The notes: a model not told the origin generated them from the sequence alone. A stretch of DNA of 64,000 nt from Candidatus Moraniibacteriota bacterium (GCA_016699425.1 CP064975.1:718098-782097), one strand, 5' to 3'; positions 1-9,851 are shown, counted from the stretch's first letter. Translations and numbers: made by a program.

Positions 1-1310
1 GCCTGATGGAGGATCTTGAAGGACTGGTGGACTTCACGTTCGCGCACTTTGTACCGGGCAAAGACATCCCCCGTCGTTTCTGTCGGGATAGAGAAGTACA
101 CTGTGTCATAGGCCGCATAAGGAAAATCTACTCGGGCATCCCGTTCGATCCCGACCGCCCGTGCCCCGATACCGACGATCCCATGATCTTCACCGACTGT
201 GCGCTCCAGCCGTCCCGTGTCCTGCAGTCGATTCAGGAGGGAGAGGCTTTCGGCGACGGCCTCCATCACGGAGAGGAAATCATTTTCGAGATCGATGAGG
301 TCCGTCTTGAGGAGCGTGAGTTCACCATCCAGGATATCCGCGGTCAGGCCACCTGGCATGAGCCTGCCCCGGAGGAAACGACTGCTGGTGAGCCGCTCAT
401 TCCATGCCATCACTCGCTCGCGGAGACGCGTCCCCTGACTGCCACCAAAGGACAGCCCCGTATCGAGCATGATGAAGGCGAGATCATTGTAGTGATTGGC
501 CAGCCGTTCCAATTCGGCCAGGACCATACGCAGATACAGCGCACGCTTGGGTACTGTGACCGCAGCCAACGACTCAACCGCCTGGCAATAGGCAAGTGCA
601 TGGTGGAATGAACTGTCGCCGGAAATCCGTTCCGCGAGCGCCACCCGTTTCTCAGACGGCAATGCTTCAAATAACTTCTCTGTCCCCTTGTGGACATAGC
701 CGAGCCGTGGCTCGAGTCGGAGGATCTCTTCGCCGAGCACACTGAAGCGGAAATGCCCTGGCTCGATGATACCCGCATGCACGGGACCAACGGGGATTTC
801 ATACACCCCTTCCCCGGCGTACCGCTCGAACGTCGCCCACTCTTTTTCTTTCGGTTCGACGATACCCTGATCCCAATGGAAATCTTTCCGGAGTGGATAG
901 ATATCCTTCGGGAAATTCTCAGCATGGAGATTGATTCGCTCAGCCTGAGGATGTCCCTGTGGCATCAGGCCGAAGAACGTGAGGATCTCCCGCTCATACA
1001 TGGCGAATTCCTGATCTTCTGGCGTCAGTGATGGGAACGTTGAACGCTCCGGGCTCACCGAGAGAAAGGGCACGAGGAAACAGGCTTCCTTAGGAATACC
1101 AAAGACATAATAAATCCGGAAACCCCGGCCCTCCGCTCGCTCATCGGTCGCCGCCACCGTTTTCAGCGGGAGACCGTGAGTGTGCTTCAGTGTCCGAATG
1201 ACCCGCGCGAGATCGGTCGCCGCCACTTCAAACAGCACCCGGTCACCTTCGGCTGTCGGAGTGAAGCCACCTTGGCCAAAACGCAAGAGTAGTTGGATCG
1301 GATCAGTCAT
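1..1310 (-). CDS. Fused NuoC-NuoD-like [NiFe]-hydrogenase large-subunit homolog (HyfG/HycE-like). Partial: the C-terminus runs off the window edge. The L1 Ni-binding Cys motif is replaced (RISGDSSFHH instead of RxCGxCxxxH).
   Basis: Manual translation of the minus strand from the ATG at 1310 gives a continuous reading frame of more than 430 codons. The N-terminal part is NuoC-like (GFRIYYVFG). The large-subunit motifs follow: VYEIPVGPVHAGIIEPGHFRF...GYVHKGTEKL...ERISGDSSFHHALAY. The ORF track missed it because it is open at the window edge. The start lies 3 nt after the stop of the HyfF-like gene. Confidence 0.75.
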   Translation of the reverse strand, partial: MTDPIQLLLRFGQGGFTPTAEGDRVLFEVAATDLARVIRTLKHTHGLPLKTVAATDERAEGRGFRIYYVFGIPKEACFLVPFLSVSPERSTFPSLTPEDQEFAMYEREILTFFGLMPQGHPQAERINLHAENFPKDIYPLRKDFHWDQGIVEPKEKEWATFERYAGEGVYEIPVGPVHAGIIEPGHFRFSVLGEEILRLEPRLGYVHKGTEKLFEALPSEKRVALAERISGDSSFHHALAYCQAVESLAAVTVPKRALYLRMVLAELERLANHYNDLAFIMLDTGLSFGGSQGTRLRERVMAWNERLTSSRFLRGRLMPGGLTADILDGELTLLKTDLIDLENDFLSVMEAVAESLSLLNRLQDTGRLERTVGEDHGIVGIGARAVGIERDARVDFPYAAYDTVYFSIPTETTGDVFARYKVREREVHQSFKILHQ

Positions 1311-1315
1311 AGTGG

Positions 1316-2763
1316 TCAGAGTGAAAAATTCTGAGAAATCGACTGGAGCAAAGCGGGCAACGGCTCAGGCAATTGCCAACTCAGGACGAGCAAGAGAGCA
1401 AACATCAGTACAACCGGGAGCTGCGTAAGCCGATTGCTTTCACCGCGCTCAGTTCCTTCCAGAACCGGTCCATACACCAGTGCCGACAGAATGCGGAAGA
1501 AGCCAAAGAAAATAACACTCAGCGCCAGGAGCAATACTCCAACAAGCCAGGGAGAGAAAGAGATCCCCGCAGAGAGAATGAGCAATTTCGTCACGAAGAG
1601 TGCAAACGGCGGCAATCCGGCGAGCATAAGGATGCCCGCAAAGAAAAGTGGTCCCGTCAGGGGCAGCGCCTTGAAGAGGCCGCTCACATTCTTGAGTTTG
1701 GTCGAACTGAACCGGAGAAAAATATTTCCCGCCAAGAGAAACAACATCGACTTAGCGATAGCATGATAGAACATGTGCAAGAGCCCGGCCATGATCCCGA
1801 CACCACCTAGACCGAAACCGATCGTCATGAGCCCCATGTGTTCGATGCTCGAGTAGGCGAGGAGACGCTTGTAGTTTTCTGGACGAAGATGATGAAGGCG
1901 GCCAGCACAACTGAGAGTGTCCCGAAGAAAATAAGCAGGCCACTCGTGAAGTGAGTGTCCCCCAAGGCGAGATCGGTGATATGCTTCCAGCGAAGGACCG
2001 CAAACAACGCAACGTTGAGGAGTACGCCGGAAAGCAATGCCGAGATGGGCGACGGCGCCTTGCTATGAGCATCTGGAAGCCAGGCATGGAGCGGAGCGAG
2101 GCCCACCTTGGTCCCATAGCCGACGAGGATGAGGACAAAGGCGATCTTGGCGACGTCAGGCGTCATCGATCCAGCCGCGGCAGCCAGACTGGCCCAATCA
2201 GTCGCGCCCGAATGATCATCTGAGAGTGCAAGAAACAATAGCGTCCCGAGGAGACCAATGAGGAGGCCGAGAGAATTCAAGATGAGGTATTTCCACGCTG
2301 CCTCGGTCGCCGACGGTTTGTTGTAGAAACTGATGAGGAACGCCGTCGCCAATGTTGTCGCTTCGACTGCGGTCCAGGTGATAACCGGATGCACGGTCGA
2401 AACTGCGAGGTACATCGCAAAGAGGAAGATTTCGAGGAGGATGAAGAATTGGCGTACCCGACGCGGGCCGATGATGCCCTTTGTTACTTCCGCCCGCAGA
2501 TACCCGACGGAATAGAGACTGACAAAGAAACCAACGAGCGCGATGATGAGAATGAGGTAAACGGAAAGTCCATCCACCGCGAAGACGCCTGCACTTCGGA
2601 CAGTTTCTTCCGCAACCACGCGCGCGACGAGGCGGAACGCGAGTACGAGCTCGACCATCGCCGCCACGATGACACCCATTTCGATGAGTCGGGTCTTCTT
2701 GGCCGGCAAGAGGAAGAAGAGGGCGGCCGCGAGAACTGGAATGAGGACGAGAAAGATAATCAT
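1316..2763 (-). CDS. NuoN/HyfF-like proton-pumping antiporter subunit, interrupted by a -1 frameshift at an A4 tract (plus-strand T4 at 1874-1877).
   Basis: ORF 1825..2763 ends ...AAFIIFVQKTTSVSSPTRASNTWGS. ORF 1316..1837 continues in another frame as NYKRLLAYSSIEHMGLMTIGFG. Restoring one A yields VQKNYKRLLAYSSIEHMG, the canonical antiporter-subunit motif. The WLPDAHSKAPSPISALLSG motif is present. Confidence 0.8.
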
Positions 2764-2772
2764 ATGGACAGT

Positions 2773-3432
2773 TTAGTCTTCAATCAATCGGTTCATCTCA
2801 CGCGTGTCAAGCGATCCGAACTGGCGATGTACGAGACGCAGAAAAGCGTATGCGATGACCATCCAGACGAGGATATCAAAAACGATACCGAGTTCCAGTG
2901 CCAGTGTCTGCTTCACTCCGAGGAAGAGAGCAAAGAGAACGACACTGTTTTCAAGTGCCAAGACAGCGATGATCTGGGCAAGTGCCCCCTGGCGATTGAT
3001 GAGTAAGAAGATGGCGATGAACACCATCGCGATATTGAAGACGAACACATCCGGCGTCACCGAAGAGACCGTCCAGAGTGCAGCAAAGGACTGCGAGGCC
3101 GCAAAGACGATGAGGCCAAGCATGACAGCCAGCGTCGCCGGGGTTGAGAGATAGCTCGTACTCGCAACGAGGTGTCCAAAACGACGCAAGAGTCGCAAGA
3201 AGAAGTACGGTGCAACAATGACCTTGGCGATGAACGTTACCACCCCGACTATCACGAGTCCCAGCTCATCTCCGGCGATGCCAAGCACGATGATGATCGT
3301 CGCCACTGCCGCGGATTGCAACGCATAGAGGCGAAGGGTATAGGTGGTACTTTTCACGAGATGCAAAAGCACAACCGCGACGAAGGCCATGAGATCGAGC
3401 GAGAGCGTCAGTTGGAGAAAATCGGATTCCAT
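2773..3432 (-). CDS. HyfE-like small polytopic membrane subunit (NuoK/NuoJ-like) of the hydrogenase-4-type complex
   Basis: 219 aa, entirely hydrophobic helices. Its size and its position between the NuoH-like and NuoN-like genes match the hyfE slot of the hyf operon. Confidence 0.55.
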   Translation of the reverse strand: MESDFLQLTLSLDLMAFVAVVLLHLVKSTTYTLRLYALQSAAVATIIIVLGIAGDELGLVIVGVVTFIAKVIVAPYFFLRLLRRFGHLVASTSYLSTPATLAVMLGLIVFAASQSFAALWTVSSVTPDVFVFNIAMVFIAIFLLINRQGALAQIIAVLALENSVVLFALFLGVKQTLALELGIVFDILVWMVIAYAFLRLVHRQFGSLDTREMNRLIED

Positions 3433-3436
3433 AAGC

Positions 3437-4405
3437 CTAGGCAGTGAGAGAAACAGTCAGGACGACGGCGATCATACCGAGAACAAAAGAGGTGAAAAGG
3501 AGATCCGGAACACGGAAGATACGGTACTTCGACATGAGCGACTCCAGGAAAGCGATCGCGATCAGGAGTAGAAGTCCTTTCCCGATAAAAATGAGGGTCG
3601 GGACAAGGAGTGCAGAGAACGAAGTGTACTCGAGTGCCACCCCCCATGGGAAGAACACATTGGCACCCAATGCGATGAAGATAAGGAGCTTGTTGGCACT
3701 CGCCCATTCCATGAGCGCGAGGCGCTTGCCGGAGTATTCGAGGAGCATCGCCTCGTGGATCATAGTCAGTTCGAGATGGGTGGCTGGATTGTCGACAGGG
3801 AAGCGCGCGTTTTCGGCGAGGAGCGCGATCGCAAACGCGAGAAACGCGACAAAGAGCGGGAAGGCGGCTGTCACCGGTAGATTACTAAGCTGGGCCACCA
3901 TATCGAGGAGGTGTCCCGTCCCCGCGAGGAATGATGCCGGTAGCAGCGAAAAGATGAGCCCTGCCTCGGCAAGCGCCGCGACCATCATTTCCCGACTCGA
4001 ACCAAAGCCGCCGAAGCCACTGCCCGCATCCATCCCGGCGAGGGCGAGGAAAAATGTCATGAGCGCAAGGAGATATACGATCACGAGGAAGTCACCCGTC
4101 GCCGTCAGCGCCAATTCCGGCACGCCCGGCACAGCCGGAGCGACAGCCGTCACGAGGGGCACGGTCGCCCCGAGCAAGAGCGTAATCGCAAAGATGAGGT
4201 ACGGAGCGAAACGAGTAATCCAAGACGCATCTGCCGAAATCACTTCATCCTTGGCAAAGAGTTTGCGGAAATCGCGATACGGCTGGAAAATATCTGCCCC
4301 CGTCCGCCCTTGCAAGCGGGCTTTCACGCGTCGGATGATGCCGATACACAAAGGCGCCAGGATCGGGACCGCGAGGATTTGGAGAATAAAGAAGAGAAGA
4401 GTCAT
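3437..4405 (-). CDS. NuoH/HycD/HyfC-like membrane subunit
   Basis: The N-terminus MTLLFFILQILAVPILAPLCIGIIRRVKARLQGRTGADIFQPYRDFRKLF matches the HycD/NuoH family. About 323 aa. I chose the internal Met start to avoid overlap with the upstream gene. Confidence 0.8.
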   Translation of the reverse strand: MTLLFFILQILAVPILAPLCIGIIRRVKARLQGRTGADIFQPYRDFRKLFAKDEVISADASWITRFAPYLIFAITLLLGATVPLVTAVAPAVPGVPELALTATGDFLVIVYLLALMTFFLALAGMDAGSGFGGFGSSREMMVAALAEAGLIFSLLPASFLAGTGHLLDMVAQLSNLPVTAAFPLFVAFLAFAIALLAENARFPVDNPATHLELTMIHEAMLLEYSGKRLALMEWASANKLLIFIALGANVFFPWGVALEYTSFSALLVPTLIFIGKGLLLLIAIAFLESLMSKYRIFRVPDLLFTSFVLGMIAVVLTVSLTA

Positions 4406-4415
4406 ACACGTGTGA

Positions 4416-6473
4416 TCAGGAGTGAGTCGCCCACAACAGCACACCGAGGAAAGTGAGGGCAAAGTACAGGATATACACATTCACATTGCCGGTCTGGACG
4501 AGGCGAATCCGGTCCGCGAGGAAATGAAGTGCCGCATTCACGGGCCGATAGAGCCGCTCACGATACACATCGCGAAGCCCCGTCTCGATGGAAACCGACT
4601 TGAAGAAATAGCGCGTCTGATCGTCATGATATTCGATGGTTGACTGCTTCGTCGGTTGGAGGATGCCCCGAAATATCGTGACGAGTGAGCGCGAAAAACT
4701 CGTCGCCGTGATTTCGTTTCGGCCAGAGAGTGGGAATCCGCAGTCCCAGGTCGAACCGATGACGACACACCGCCCCCGAGTCGCGAGACGGACTGCGACC
4801 GTGATCGCTACGAGGATCACTATGAGGAGAATTGCAACGGTCGCGAGCGGGAGCACATCCGCAAATGCATGTCGCGAAGCCACGATCTCGAGGAAAGGGA
4901 AACCGAGCGTCGCCGGGTTGGTGAGACCGATACTCGCGACGATACCAGTCAGTCCGGCGAGGACCGGAGATGAAGCGAGGCCGAGCACTAGCGAGAGGAG
5001 TGCGAGGACACCCATCGGCACCACCATGATCCAGGAGACTTCCTTCGCCGCCTTTGCCTCCGCCGAGCGTGGTCGAGCCAAGAACGTCGTACCAAAGACC
5101 TTCACAAAACACGCGACCGCTAATCCACTGGTGAAGACGAGGCTCGTGAGAGCGATGAGGAAGGCGATCTTCACGGCGAGCGGCGACCCGATCACACCAG
5201 CAAACAGAACTTGAAACGTGAGCCACTCACTGACGAACCCATTGAAGGGTGGGAGCGCCGCGATCGCCAGCGACCCCACCAGAAAAAAAGTGGCGGTGTA
5301 TGGCATCACCCGCAAGAGTCCACCATAGGCTTCCAGGTTACGCGTTCCCGCCCTGCTGACGACTGATCCGGCTCCGAGGAACAGGAGCGACTTGAAAACT
5401 GCATGATTGAGCAGGTGATACAATGCCGCCGCGAGCGCAAACAGCGCTACCCGCTCCTGCCCCAATGCAAAAAGCGTCAACCCCGCACCGAAAGCAATCG
5501 TGATGATACCGACATTCTCCACAGTGCTGTAGGCCAAGAGGCGCTTCAGATCACGCTCGGCATTTGCATACAGGATACCGAGCAAGGCCGAGACGGATCC
5601 GATGATGAGGAAGGTGACCCCCCACTCGACACGGGCCCCCTGGAAGAAATCAAAGAAGAATCGGAACAGCATGAAGAGAGCTGTCTTCACCATGATGCCA
5701 GACATGAGAGCTGAGACATGGGATGGAGCGGCCGGATGCGCCTCGGGGAGCCAGATATGGAGTGGGATGAGCCCTGCTTTGGTCGCAAATCCGATGAGTG
5801 CGAACCCGAGGATGAATGCTTCGCCAGTCGGCGAGAGCGTCCCGAAGGCTTCACGCCAGGTATCGAAAGAAAATGATCCGGTTGCCTGATAGGCGAGGAG
5901 ACAGGCGAGGATGATGAAAGCTGTCCCGAAATGCGTCATGAGGAAATACACGAATCCGGCGCGGACATTTTCGGCTTTCTCATGTTCGAAAACAACGAGG
6001 AAGTATGATGCAAGTGACATCAGCTCCCACACCAAGAGGAAGAACAGTGCCTGGTTCGCAATCGGGATAAGCAAGAGACTACCAACGAAAAGATTGTAGA
6101 AAAAACCAAAAGACCCCAATCGACCACTGCCAATGAAATGTCGGAGATAACCATAGCCATACACCGATGCCAAGAGCGCGACGAGTGAGGCGAGGGCGAG
6201 GAAATAAGCCCCCATCCCATCGATACGAAAGGAAAGTTCCAGGAGCGGGAACGGCCCCGAGTATAGCCAGGCTACTCCCCGACCCCGATACAGTACGGGA
6301 AACGCCATCCCGAGACCGACGACCGATCCCAACGCAGCCATGGCATGCGCCGCCGCATTCGCCACTCGCCCGCCATCATTGATCCGTGCCCCAGCCAACA
6401 GCGAAGCGACCGCTCCGACGAGGAACAGTCCGATAAGGAGAAACAAAGCATCTTCTGAGAGAAAGAATTCCAT
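4416..6473 (-). CDS. NuoL/HycC/HyfB-like antiporter-type membrane subunit (685 aa)
   Basis: Carries HIWLPEAHPAAPSHVSALMSG and KRLLAYSTVENVG, the conserved Mrp/NuoL-family motifs. About 16 transmembrane segments. Confidence 0.85.
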   Translation of the reverse strand: MEFFLSEDALFLLIGLFLVGAVASLLAGARINDGGRVANAAAHAMAALGSVVGLGMAFPVLYRGRGVAWLYSGPFPLLELSFRIDGMGAYFLALASLVALLASVYGYGYLRHFIGSGRLGSFGFFYNLFVGSLLLIPIANQALFFLLVWELMSLASYFLVVFEHEKAENVRAGFVYFLMTHFGTAFIILACLLAYQATGSFSFDTWREAFGTLSPTGEAFILGFALIGFATKAGLIPLHIWLPEAHPAAPSHVSALMSGIMVKTALFMLFRFFFDFFQGARVEWGVTFLIIGSVSALLGILYANAERDLKRLLAYSTVENVGIITIAFGAGLTLFALGQERVALFALAAALYHLLNHAVFKSLLFLGAGSVVSRAGTRNLEAYGGLLRVMPYTATFFLVGSLAIAALPPFNGFVSEWLTFQVLFAGVIGSPLAVKIAFLIALTSLVFTSGLAVACFVKVFGTTFLARPRSAEAKAAKEVSWIMVVPMGVLALLSLVLGLASSPVLAGLTGIVASIGLTNPATLGFPFLEIVASRHAFADVLPLATVAILLIVILVAITVAVRLATRGRCVVIGSTWDCGFPLSGRNEITATSFSRSLVTIFRGILQPTKQSTIEYHDDQTRYFFKSVSIETGLRDVYRERLYRPVNAALHFLADRIRLVQTGNVNVYILYFALTFLGVLLWATHS

Positions 6474-6478
6474 AGGCG

Positions 6479-7015
6479 CTAGGCAGGTGTCGAACGGTTT
6501 TGATCAATCGTGTCCAGAATTTTCAACAATGCCTTCAGTATTTGCTTTGGAGACGGTGGGTCACCAGGGATCATGAAATCCACCGGGACGATATCCTCCA
6601 CCCGATCATAGACCGCGTACGAGCCACGATAGATGCCCCCATCGATCGCTCCGTCCCCGACTGCGACGACCCATTTCGGTGTCGGCATCGCGGCATAACT
6701 GTGGCGGAGACCATCGGCCATATTGCGGCTGACTGGCCCCGTCACAAAGAGCATGTCCGCATGCCGCGGCGAGGCGACGAAACGGACACCGAAGCGCTCG
6801 ACATCATAATACGCATTGGTGAGCGCTGTCAGTTCCTGTTCCTCGGCATTGCTCGATCCAGCCGACACGACCCGGATCGCGAGTGAGCCGCCGAATGTCC
6901 CCCGCACCCGCTGCCTGAGTGCTTCGCCCAATTCCTCGGCTTCACCCCCTCGGATGTCGCCCTCGCTGAGAGCCATGAGCGGCGTCGTAAAGATTTTCTT
7001 CAGCATGCGGTACAT
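6479..7015 (-). CDS. NuoB/HycG-like hydrogenase small-subunit homolog with all four [4Fe-4S] ligand cysteines substituted
   Basis: Aligns motif-by-motif with NuoB: SAGSS for LSCCY, VGDGAIDGG for MGACANSGG, IPGDPPSP for IPGCPPRP. The backbone (RHADMLFVTGPV...MPTPKWVVAVG) is conserved. Confidence 0.8.
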   Translation of the reverse strand: MYRMLKKIFTTPLMALSEGDIRGGEAEELGEALRQRVRGTFGGSLAIRVVSAGSSNAEEQELTALTNAYYDVERFGVRFVASPRHADMLFVTGPVSRNMADGLRHSYAAMPTPKWVVAVGDGAIDGGIYRGSYAVYDRVEDIVPVDFMIPGDPPSPKQILKALLKILDTIDQNRSTPA

Positions 7016-7098
7016 AACGGTCTCGACAATCGGGAAAAATCAAACATCCAACAAAAACTCCTTCCGGTATTTTCACCCGGCTATGATACCCCCTTCGG

Positions 7099-7743
7099 CT
7101 ACCTATTGTCCACTACGCTCGCAGGGACAACCCCGTTCGCCAGGCGTTCCTTCCGGTCCCGCCAGTATTCGAACGCTCCCGGCAATACTGACAAGAAAAT
7201 GATAAGGACGACAATCGGGAGGAGGTAGCGGTCGATATCCTCGATCAGACTGCCCAGATAATAGGCCAAGGTCGTCAGACCAACCGACCACAACAGCGCG
7301 CCTATAAGATTGAAAAAAGCGAATGTCCCATAGTGCATGCGAGCCACCCCGGCGACAATCGGCGCAAAGGTCCGGACAATCGGAACGAAACGCGCCAGGA
7401 CTATCGTCTTGCCGCCGTAGCGCTCATAAAACGCCTGTGCTTTCAGGATATGGGATTTCCGGAACAAGAGCGAATCCTCGCGCGAAAAAATCTTCGGCCC
7501 GACCAAAGCCCCGAACCAGTACCCGACCATGTTCCCCGTGAACGCCGCGACAAACAGAATAACCAGGAGAAGCGGGAGCGAGAAGAACCCCTGCGCCGCC
7601 AATACCCCCGCCACAAAGAGCAAACTATCCCCCGGGAAGAAGAACCCGAGGAAAAGGCCTGTCTCAGCGAAGACAATCGCGAAGAGACCAATATACCCGA
7701 TCGTCTTGATTGCCTCCACCATGTCGATACCGAAGAATTCCAT
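7099..7743 (-). CDS. dedA: DedA/VTT-family membrane protein
   Basis: FFPGDSLLFVAGVLAA...TIVLARFVPIVRTFAPIVAGV is the DedA signature. Four or more transmembrane segments. Confidence 0.8.
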   Translation of the reverse strand: MEFFGIDMVEAIKTIGYIGLFAIVFAETGLFLGFFFPGDSLLFVAGVLAAQGFFSLPLLLVILFVAAFTGNMVGYWFGALVGPKIFSREDSLLFRKSHILKAQAFYERYGGKTIVLARFVPIVRTFAPIVAGVARMHYGTFAFFNLIGALLWSVGLTTLAYYLGSLIEDIDRYLLPIVVLIIFLSVLPGAFEYWRDRKERLANGVVPASVVDNR

Positions 7744-7760
7744 AGAGTATTGTCGTTTAG

Positions 7761-9851
7761 CTAAATCGAGTAGGCTTCGTCCTTCAGCTCATTATAGAGC
7801 ATATTCCCCACTTTGCGCGGAAGCATGGCATTTTCCAAGAGTTCGTCGAGCATCCGTTCTTCGGTCTTGAAGAGTGCATAGCGACCGAATGACTCGTTCA
7901 AATACGCGAGCTCCGTCCCAATTTTTGCTGCTACGGCGTCGCGCTTTTTTTCTGCATCCACCCGGAGTCCCTCATACAGTGCGATGACGGCCGTTGTCGA
8001 TGCCTCATCTCCGTAGAGCCCTGGAAAGCGTTCCGAGAGTGACTTGAGACGCCGGAGCACCTTGGCCAGCACCACTTCCTGGGCGCGATAGTAACGGTAT
8101 TCCTCGAGCATTTCCTGTTTGACTGGTTTGGGACGGAACTTCTTCCGCAGCCACATGACGAGTGTCTCGAACCAGTCCTGACGGAAGCGCTCCGCATGAT
8201 GCGATACTTGCTCCCTTCCCTCCTCAACTCGCGACGTCTGAATCGCGATCTTGTTCAAAATCTCCTTGTATTCCGATTCGGAAATCTCCTGATAGACGTA
8301 GAGCTCGCGGAGAAAGCGCTTTTCCATGCCGAGAGCATACATCTGCAGTGCTCGGTTCATGTCGCTCGGTGTCGCCGTAAAGAGCGACTGACAGGCCGCT
8401 ACCGACTTCTCGTAACGCTCCGTGTATTCTTGTTTGAGTCGGGCAAACACATCGCTCTTCACGTATCCTTTCTCATGGAAATCGGCGAGCTTCTCGAGCG
8501 CCTCCTGATAGACCAGGGCCGAGCACTCATGGTACTCCACGGTCTCGAGAGATGTCAGATCCGACAGTTTCATCTTCTTGATCATCGCTCCGATCGAGGT
8601 CGCTTTGATGAGGAGAGTGAAGTAGATGCAGCCAATCGTGATGGCCGCGATGAATTCCTTCACGGTAAAGTCATAATTCCAACCTGGAAGTATAAGTGTA
8701 TCGGGGATGAGAAGCACCATCGTGACCGCCAGCGCTCCGCGGAGACTCCCCCACGCGAGCAGATGCTGCCACGACATCGGAATCTGATCTTCTTTCTTCA
8801 GTCGATTCACCATAGCCACGACTGGATAAATGGACAGTCCTCGGCCAATCATCACCACCACAACCGTCATGAGCATCGGCACGATAAATTGATCAAAATG
8901 GATCGGAAGATCAGCAAAGAGTAGTCCCATCAGAATGAAAACGAGCGAGTTTGCCACGAAGGCGAAGTACCCCCAGAACTTCTCCATGTATTCCTCGACG
9001 CGCGGCGAAATCTTGAACCGACCATAGTTGCCGATGACCATCGACGCCATCACGGTCGCGATAATCGACGAAAATCTGATTTCTTGGCCGAAGAGGACGA
9101 GATGATGCGAAATGAGTTCGGAGAGTATGAAGGTGAGATGCGCCACGAGCATGGTGAGCGTGATTTCAACGTGCTCATTATCCTGCACTTTACCGATGAT
9201 CTTGGAAAATACGAACCCCATCAAGAGCCCGAAAATGCCACCACCAAGCACCATCGTCATAAACATGAATACACCCTCGAGTATGCTCCCGAGTCCCGAG
9301 AACCCGGCCATCGCTACATCAAGGACGATGAGAAAGAGAGCAAGCGAAGTACCATCATTGAACAAGCTCTCCCCCTCAAAGATGAGTGAGAGACGGCGCG
9401 GCACGCCGAATTCCTTGAACAATGCGAGCACCGCCACCGGATCCGTCGCCGAGATGAGCGCCCCGAAAACGAGCGTCGCCATGAACGGCACCGGGAAGCC
9501 GATGAACTTCAGTCCCCAGAAAAGCACGAACGCCACGAAAAAGGCAGAAACGACAAGACTCACAACTGACAGCCACGAGATCGATCGAACATTTTCGGCC
9601 ATCTCACGCATGTTCATGTTGTAGGCCGACTCAAAGATGAGCACCGGCAGAAAGACAAAGAAGAGGAGCTCGGGAGTCAGTTCAAAACTTTTGATGAAAT
9701 GAAAGAATGCAAAATGCGTGAGTGGCACCAGGATAGAGCCGACGATGACGAGCAGCACTGTATACGGCAATTTCAAGCGGCCGGCGACAAAATACGTGCC
9801 AATACAGATGAGCATGAGTACGGCGACCGCGAGCACGACTTCGAGTGACAT
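7761..9851 (-). CDS. nhaP: Na+(K+)/H+ antiporter of the NhaP/CPA1 type with a long cytoplasmic C-terminal domain
   Basis: 696 aa. The N-terminal 400 aa are polytopic with the CPA1 ATDPVAVLALF motif. The C-terminal roughly 300 aa are soluble. Confidence 0.8.
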   Translation of the reverse strand: MSLEVVLAVAVLMLICIGTYFVAGRLKLPYTVLLVIVGSILVPLTHFAFFHFIKSFELTPELLFFVFLPVLIFESAYNMNMREMAENVRSISWLSVVSLVVSAFFVAFVLFWGLKFIGFPVPFMATLVFGALISATDPVAVLALFKEFGVPRRLSLIFEGESLFNDGTSLALFLIVLDVAMAGFSGLGSILEGVFMFMTMVLGGGIFGLLMGFVFSKIIGKVQDNEHVEITLTMLVAHLTFILSELISHHLVLFGQEIRFSSIIATVMASMVIGNYGRFKISPRVEEYMEKFWGYFAFVANSLVFILMGLLFADLPIHFDQFIVPMLMTVVVVMIGRGLSIYPVVAMVNRLKKEDQIPMSWQHLLAWGSLRGALAVTMVLLIPDTLILPGWNYDFTVKEFIAAITIGCIYFTLLIKATSIGAMIKKMKLSDLTSLETVEYHECSALVYQEALEKLADFHEKGYVKSDVFARLKQEYTERYEKSVAACQSLFTATPSDMNRALQMYALGMEKRFLRELYVYQEISESEYKEILNKIAIQTSRVEEGREQVSHHAERFRQDWFETLVMWLRKKFRPKPVKQEMLEEYRYYRAQEVVLAKVLRRLKSLSERFPGLYGDEASTTAVIALYEGLRVDAEKKRDAVAAKIGTELAYLNESFGRYALFKTEERMLDELLENAMLPRKVGNMLYNELKDEAYSI

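Noticed and set aside
6-1031. Plus-strand ORFs 6..611, 199..438 and 690..1031
   Set aside because: They lie antisense to a continuous reading frame of more than 430 codons with strong NuoC/NuoD homology on the minus strand. Their Asp/Glu/Arg/Gly-rich, motif-less translations are typical GC-rich antisense artefacts.
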